A stretch of DNA of 64,000 bases from Opitutaceae bacterium (GTDB lineage Bacteria; Verrucomicrobiota; Verrucomicrobiia; Opitutales; Coraliomargaritaceae), in assembly GCA_051252375.1 (NCBI GenBank), contig JBPOFY010000003.1:288001-352000 (forward strand), given 5' to 3'. How positions within the stretch are numbered: the first letter of the stretch is position 1; the number at the start of each line of letters is the position of its first letter. The notes under the pieces were generated by a model. It did no database searches. It was not told where the DNA came from and saw nothing but the letters and a program-made list of their open reading frames with translations. Below, piece by piece: positions 60,496 to 64,000 of this stretch. The position numbers and the translations under genes were made by a program.

Positions 60496-62625
60496 CTAAT
60501 TATTGGTGAGTTGTTCCAGTAATGCTCGACTGCGTTGGTGGTTTGGGTCCTTTGCTAAAACTGCTTTCAATTCCTGAATCGCTTGAGACGTTTTACCTTG
60601 TCTAGCGTAAATGTTGGCGACTCCAAAGCGTGCATCAGTGTAGTCAGGATTATTTTCTATAACTACTTCCCAATACTTTAGCGCTTCTCGTTGATTTTCT
60701 GGATCGCTTGTATTCTGGTTGAAATGATTCAACCCGAGATTGAAGTATGCTTGCTCATGGTAACCTGTCACCGCGGTCACTTCACTTAATAAGTTGATCG
60801 CTTCTTCATGGCGCCCCTGCATGCCAATCACGACTCCTAGGTTCGCTTTCCTTTCGAAGATGTTTGGTTCTGCTTCTAGTGATGCGCGAAATAAATTTTC
60901 AGCTTCTTTGTGTTTTCCACTGTAGAGTTTGATTAGAGCTAATGGCTCTAACGAGCCGGTGTCGTGAGGGAACTCATCAATGACTTTCTGATAATATTCT
61001 TCGGCTATTGGGAAATTGCCAGTCGCGTAGGTATGGAGATCTGCGAAGTTATCATAGATGAACCAATGCGGATGATTCTTGAGTGCATACGCATACTCCG
61101 CTAAGACTTCTTGTGATACCTGTTTTGTTAGACTGGAGTTCAGTGTGTCGACTTCTTTGAGCCACTTCTCTTTTAGGGTTTCTATGTCGGATTGAAAAGT
61201 GAAGGGCGGTGTTCCTAATCGTTCTAAATTGAAACGTGCAATTTTGAGCTGGTCCCAGTGAGTGTAAGCGAGTCGTTTCTTCACTTCGGGTTCAGAGATG
61301 ACTTCATCCGATTCAGTGGTGATCCCCTTTTTAGCTTTTAATTCTTTTAGGACGGCAGGGTTGAATGACTTGGCTAGCAAATAGTTTCCGGTGAAATTAA
61401 AATGAACGTGCTCATACAAGACTTCCGTTCCAGGGATTCCGTTTGGACTGTTATCTTCGATTGCTTTTCTGCCGTCGACTAAAGTGACTGCTTCAAAATC
61501 TGCCGCGGTTTCTTGGATAATTTTGTTGATCGTGCTGTCAGCCCTGAAACGAAGCACATCAAGATCTCGTGCCATTTCATAAGCCTGTTTAGCCAAATCG
61601 ATTTGATCGTTCTTCAAATAGCATTCGGCTATACGGAAATGTAGTTCGGCGTATTTGTCATCGAGCTCCAATAGCTCTCTGTAGAGCTTAAGCGCTTGGT
61701 CAACTTGACCACTCTCAAACAATTCGTTCCCGTCCGAATAAAGGGATTCCCAAGTTTTCAGCTCATCGCTACTAAGGGATGCTTTATGTTGGGAAGCGAA
61801 GGGAGCATTGTCTTTCAGGTTCACCGCGACGGTGCTGATCAATATAGGCACATTATGCCGGCTCCCAGTCTTGAACATGGAACGTAAGTTATTCTGATAG
61901 TGGCGATATACGGTCTGCATCCTTGAGTCATCTTGGGCCACAGGGTTGTCCAAAAACATTTCCATGCCTGCCCATTCAGTCGGTTTACCATCATCCTGCT
62001 TAAGATTCGTAGCGATCCATTGTCCATATCGGCTCGCTCTGACCTTGGTTTGTAGAGCAATTAGCCAACGATACTTGACCAAGGGAGAAAAGACAGAACC
62101 AGCGCCATAAGGGCCCACGACTTCATTGTTACCTAGATAAATGATAAACAAATCTGGATCTAAATCGAGACATGCTCGCATGATTGGGAGGACGACATGT
62201 GAGTTGATCGCCGTAATCGCTACATTATAGACTTCAATACTCTGTTCTGGAAATTGCTCCTCTAGCATGACTTCCAGTTGTCGAGCCATGCCATACTCGG
62301 GGGCGGGGTCACCTTGTGCGGCGGAAGCACCTAGCAAAAATATCCGGACGCTATTTTCTGGTTTCTCCTCAGGTATGATAAAGGGCATAGAACCGCGGGA
62401 AAGCCCTGCTCCGAAATACTGCCTCATGAAGTATTGGTTGCTGAGGGCAACTTTTTCACCCCCGTCCTCGGAGGATAAATAGAAACTGGTCGGCACCCCA
62501 GATCCAGCGCGTGCCATGCTGAATTCAATCAATACTAGGATGAGAACTAGTAAAACACATGTGACCACCGTGCTAAATAGCGCGATTTTCCATTTAGGCA
62601 GTGGTTTGATTGTAGGCGGGTTCAT
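60496..62625 (-). CDS. Membrane-anchored SGNH-hydrolase-like protein with TPR repeats
   Basis: N-terminal TM; LGASAAQG, YLGNNEVVG, EHVHFNFTGN; TPR-like helices internally and at the C-terminus. Confidence 0.8.
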   Translation of the reverse strand: MNPPTIKPLPKWKIALFSTVVTCVLLVLILVLIEFSMARAGSGVPTSFYLSSEDGGEKVALSNQYFMRQYFGAGLSRGSMPFIIPEEKPENSVRIFLLGASAAQGDPAPEYGMARQLEVMLEEQFPEQSIEVYNVAITAINSHVVLPIMRACLDLDPDLFIIYLGNNEVVGPYGAGSVFSPLVKYRWLIALQTKVRASRYGQWIATNLKQDDGKPTEWAGMEMFLDNPVAQDDSRMQTVYRHYQNNLRSMFKTGSRHNVPILISTVAVNLKDNAPFASQHKASLSSDELKTWESLYSDGNELFESGQVDQALKLYRELLELDDKYAELHFRIAECYLKNDQIDLAKQAYEMARDLDVLRFRADSTINKIIQETAADFEAVTLVDGRKAIEDNSPNGIPGTEVLYEHVHFNFTGNYLLAKSFNPAVLKELKAKKGITTESDEVISEPEVKKRLAYTHWDQLKIARFNLERLGTPPFTFQSDIETLKEKWLKEVDTLNSSLTKQVSQEVLAEYAYALKNHPHWFIYDNFADLHTYATGNFPIAEEYYQKVIDEFPHDTGSLEPLALIKLYSGKHKEAENLFRASLEAEPNIFERKANLGVVIGMQGRHEEAINLLSEVTAVTGYHEQAYFNLGLNHFNQNTSDPENQREALKYWEVVIENNPDYTDARFGVANIYARQGKTSQAIQELKAVLAKDPNHQRSRALLEQLTNN

Positions 62626-62643
62626 CTTTTTATTAACGGCTTC

Positions 62644-63372
62644 TTATCGCTCATTGTCGAGAGTGCGAATACCTAACGCCTCTAAGATGGCGGGAGTGAC
62701 GACTTCGGAATATCCCTGTTCCTTGGCATGGATGGTGTCGGGCACATACTGTTTAAAAAGTTGTGGGTCGGACGATTGCAGTGCTTTCCATTGAGGATAG
62801 TGGTCAATCAAGAGTAGCTCCCGCTCTTTCGCGACCGACCGATACATTGCGTAATGTGCTTCGATGTTCTTGCGGTATGAGCGGTGGCCTTCGGGGTATT
62901 TGTTGCCGGGCGTCATGGTCATCAAGATCACTTCGCACTTGGAGTTCGTCTCTAGTATGCGGTCGATCATGGTTTCCAGATTCGCTTGCGCAGTCTCGAC
63001 GGATATGTCGAAGCGGGCGACGGCGTCGTTGATCGAGAATTCAAGAAAGACTGTGTCCGGCTTATGCTTCAGCACTCGACTTTCGAGTTGCTCCAAGCCC
63101 CACTGCGAGTTTTTGCCGGCACCGGCACTGTTGGTCAGCGTGCACTGTTCGGGGTAGTTCGCTTCGAGTGCTACCTCTAGATGGCTGACCCAAGCGCCGT
63201 TGGCGGTCAGGCTGGTGCCATAGGTGACGAGTGCCTGTTGCTTGCCGGATTCGAGCTGGCGAACGAGCTGGCTTTTTTCTTCGGCAAATGATGTGAGGGT
63301 TGTCATGAAACTGAGCAAGAGAAGTAGCTTGGTGAGCTTTATACTGTGCAGTCTGTTTCGCGCTAAACTCAC
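62644..63372 (-). CDS. SGNH/GDSL-family esterase
   Basis: YGTSLT, NSAGAGKNS, EFSINDA, DTIH; signal-like N-terminus. Confidence 0.88.
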   Translation of the reverse strand: MSLARNRLHSIKLTKLLLLLSFMTTLTSFAEEKSQLVRQLESGKQQALVTYGTSLTANGAWVSHLEVALEANYPEQCTLTNSAGAGKNSQWGLEQLESRVLKHKPDTVFLEFSINDAVARFDISVETAQANLETMIDRILETNSKCEVILMTMTPGNKYPEGHRSYRKNIEAHYAMYRSVAKERELLLIDHYPQWKALQSSDPQLFKQYVPDTIHAKEQGYSEVVTPAILEALGIRTLDNER

Positions 63373-64000
63373 TTTGGTTGACTTTGCTTGAAGTTGACTG
63401 GGTCTCGGAAGTCGGCGGCCTCGGCATATTCCGGACTGACAAGCTCACTGGTTTTAACGGGGGATTCAGTTTCGTTGATCAGTGTGATGTTAGTGGCTGC
63501 TTCGGGCAAAATGGGTGTTTGCATCTCCGCGTGTGCGGGCATGCCGTAACCGAGCATAATCGGGTAGGGAGCCATCGGACCTTCAGCTTCCCAACGGGTG
63601 AGTTTTACGCGGTGATTCTCGCCGGAAATTGTGGCTAGCGCATGCACGGTGTAGTCTGAAGTGGGACCGACGAGCTCGATCTCCACATCGGCGTTTGCGC
63701 CGCGCCAGAGATAGAGGAGGGGACCGTGGGCGACGTCGCCGCGGCATTTGCGTGTTTTGATATTACCGTTGATTAATAGAAAGGCGCGCTCGGCGCCAAG
63801 CGATGTGCAGTCGATTAGTGTGGTGGGGGTCTCGCCATCTGCCGGACCGAAAATTTCGAAGCCAGCGCGTGTATTGACCGCGGTGCAATTGATCAGCGTA
63901 GTCGTGCCGGTAGGCTGGTCGCGCGGACCACCTTTAGAATACGTGCGAAAGCCGTCCTCAGTCAGGCATTTTCGATAGCCGGGAGTGATGATGAAGTTGC
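63369..64000 (-). CDS. C-terminal part of a further PL43-like beta-helix protein (5' end outside the window)
   Basis: Manual translation extends the track ORF to the edge: PGYRKCLTEDGFRTY...NTRAGFEI...GAERAF...CRGDVAHGPLLYL...VEIEL...HALATISGENH, colinear with 14287..15762. Confidence 0.75.
   Translation of the reverse strand, partial: NFIITPGYRKCLTEDGFRTYSKGGPRDQPTGTTTLINCTAVNTRAGFEIFGPADGETPTTLIDCTSLGAERAFLLINGNIKTRKCRGDVAHGPLLYLWRGANADVEIELVGPTSDYTVHALATISGENHRVKLTRWEAEGPMAPYPIMLGYGMPAHAEMQTPILPEAATNITLINETESPVKTSELVSPEYAEAADFRDPVNFKQSQPK

Overview
About 64 kb from a marine Verrucomicrobiota (Opitutae, Coraliomargarita/Lentimonas-like) genome; the lineage is inferred from a PEP-CTERM protein, the LacI type, Shine-Dalgarno-less leaders and the enzyme content. 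Most of the window is a locus for degrading sulfated fucose polysaccharides (fucoidan/fucoglucuronomannan). It encodes three GH95 and one GH29 fucosidases, four PL43 (FdlA-like) beta-helix lyase homologs, two tandem heparinase II/III-like lyases, a giant modular alginate-lyase-fold protein, GH78, GH36, two sulfatases, esterases, DUF1080/DUF6250 proteins and a LacI regulator. Embedded in it is a tight four-gene operon, VTC (polyphosphate polymerase domain)-DUF4956-HlyD-TolC, with no ABC/RND/MFS pump. 14 kb away lies a large secreted CotH kinase with four lamin-tail domains. Together these are the best candidate for an undescribed system (polyphosphate/phosphoryl-donor export for surface phosphorylation). 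Also present: a shared C-terminal putative sorting domain on the three largest secreted proteins, a carbamoyltransferase-SxtJ-DUF5989-SGNH cluster, an internally deleted sulfatase pseudogene copy, three GTAG-type REP doublets, a highly structured intergenic region, and a 29-bp upstream motif present three times. No rRNA, tRNA, CRISPR array or transposase was seen. Family assignments are by eye from motifs; no database searches were run.
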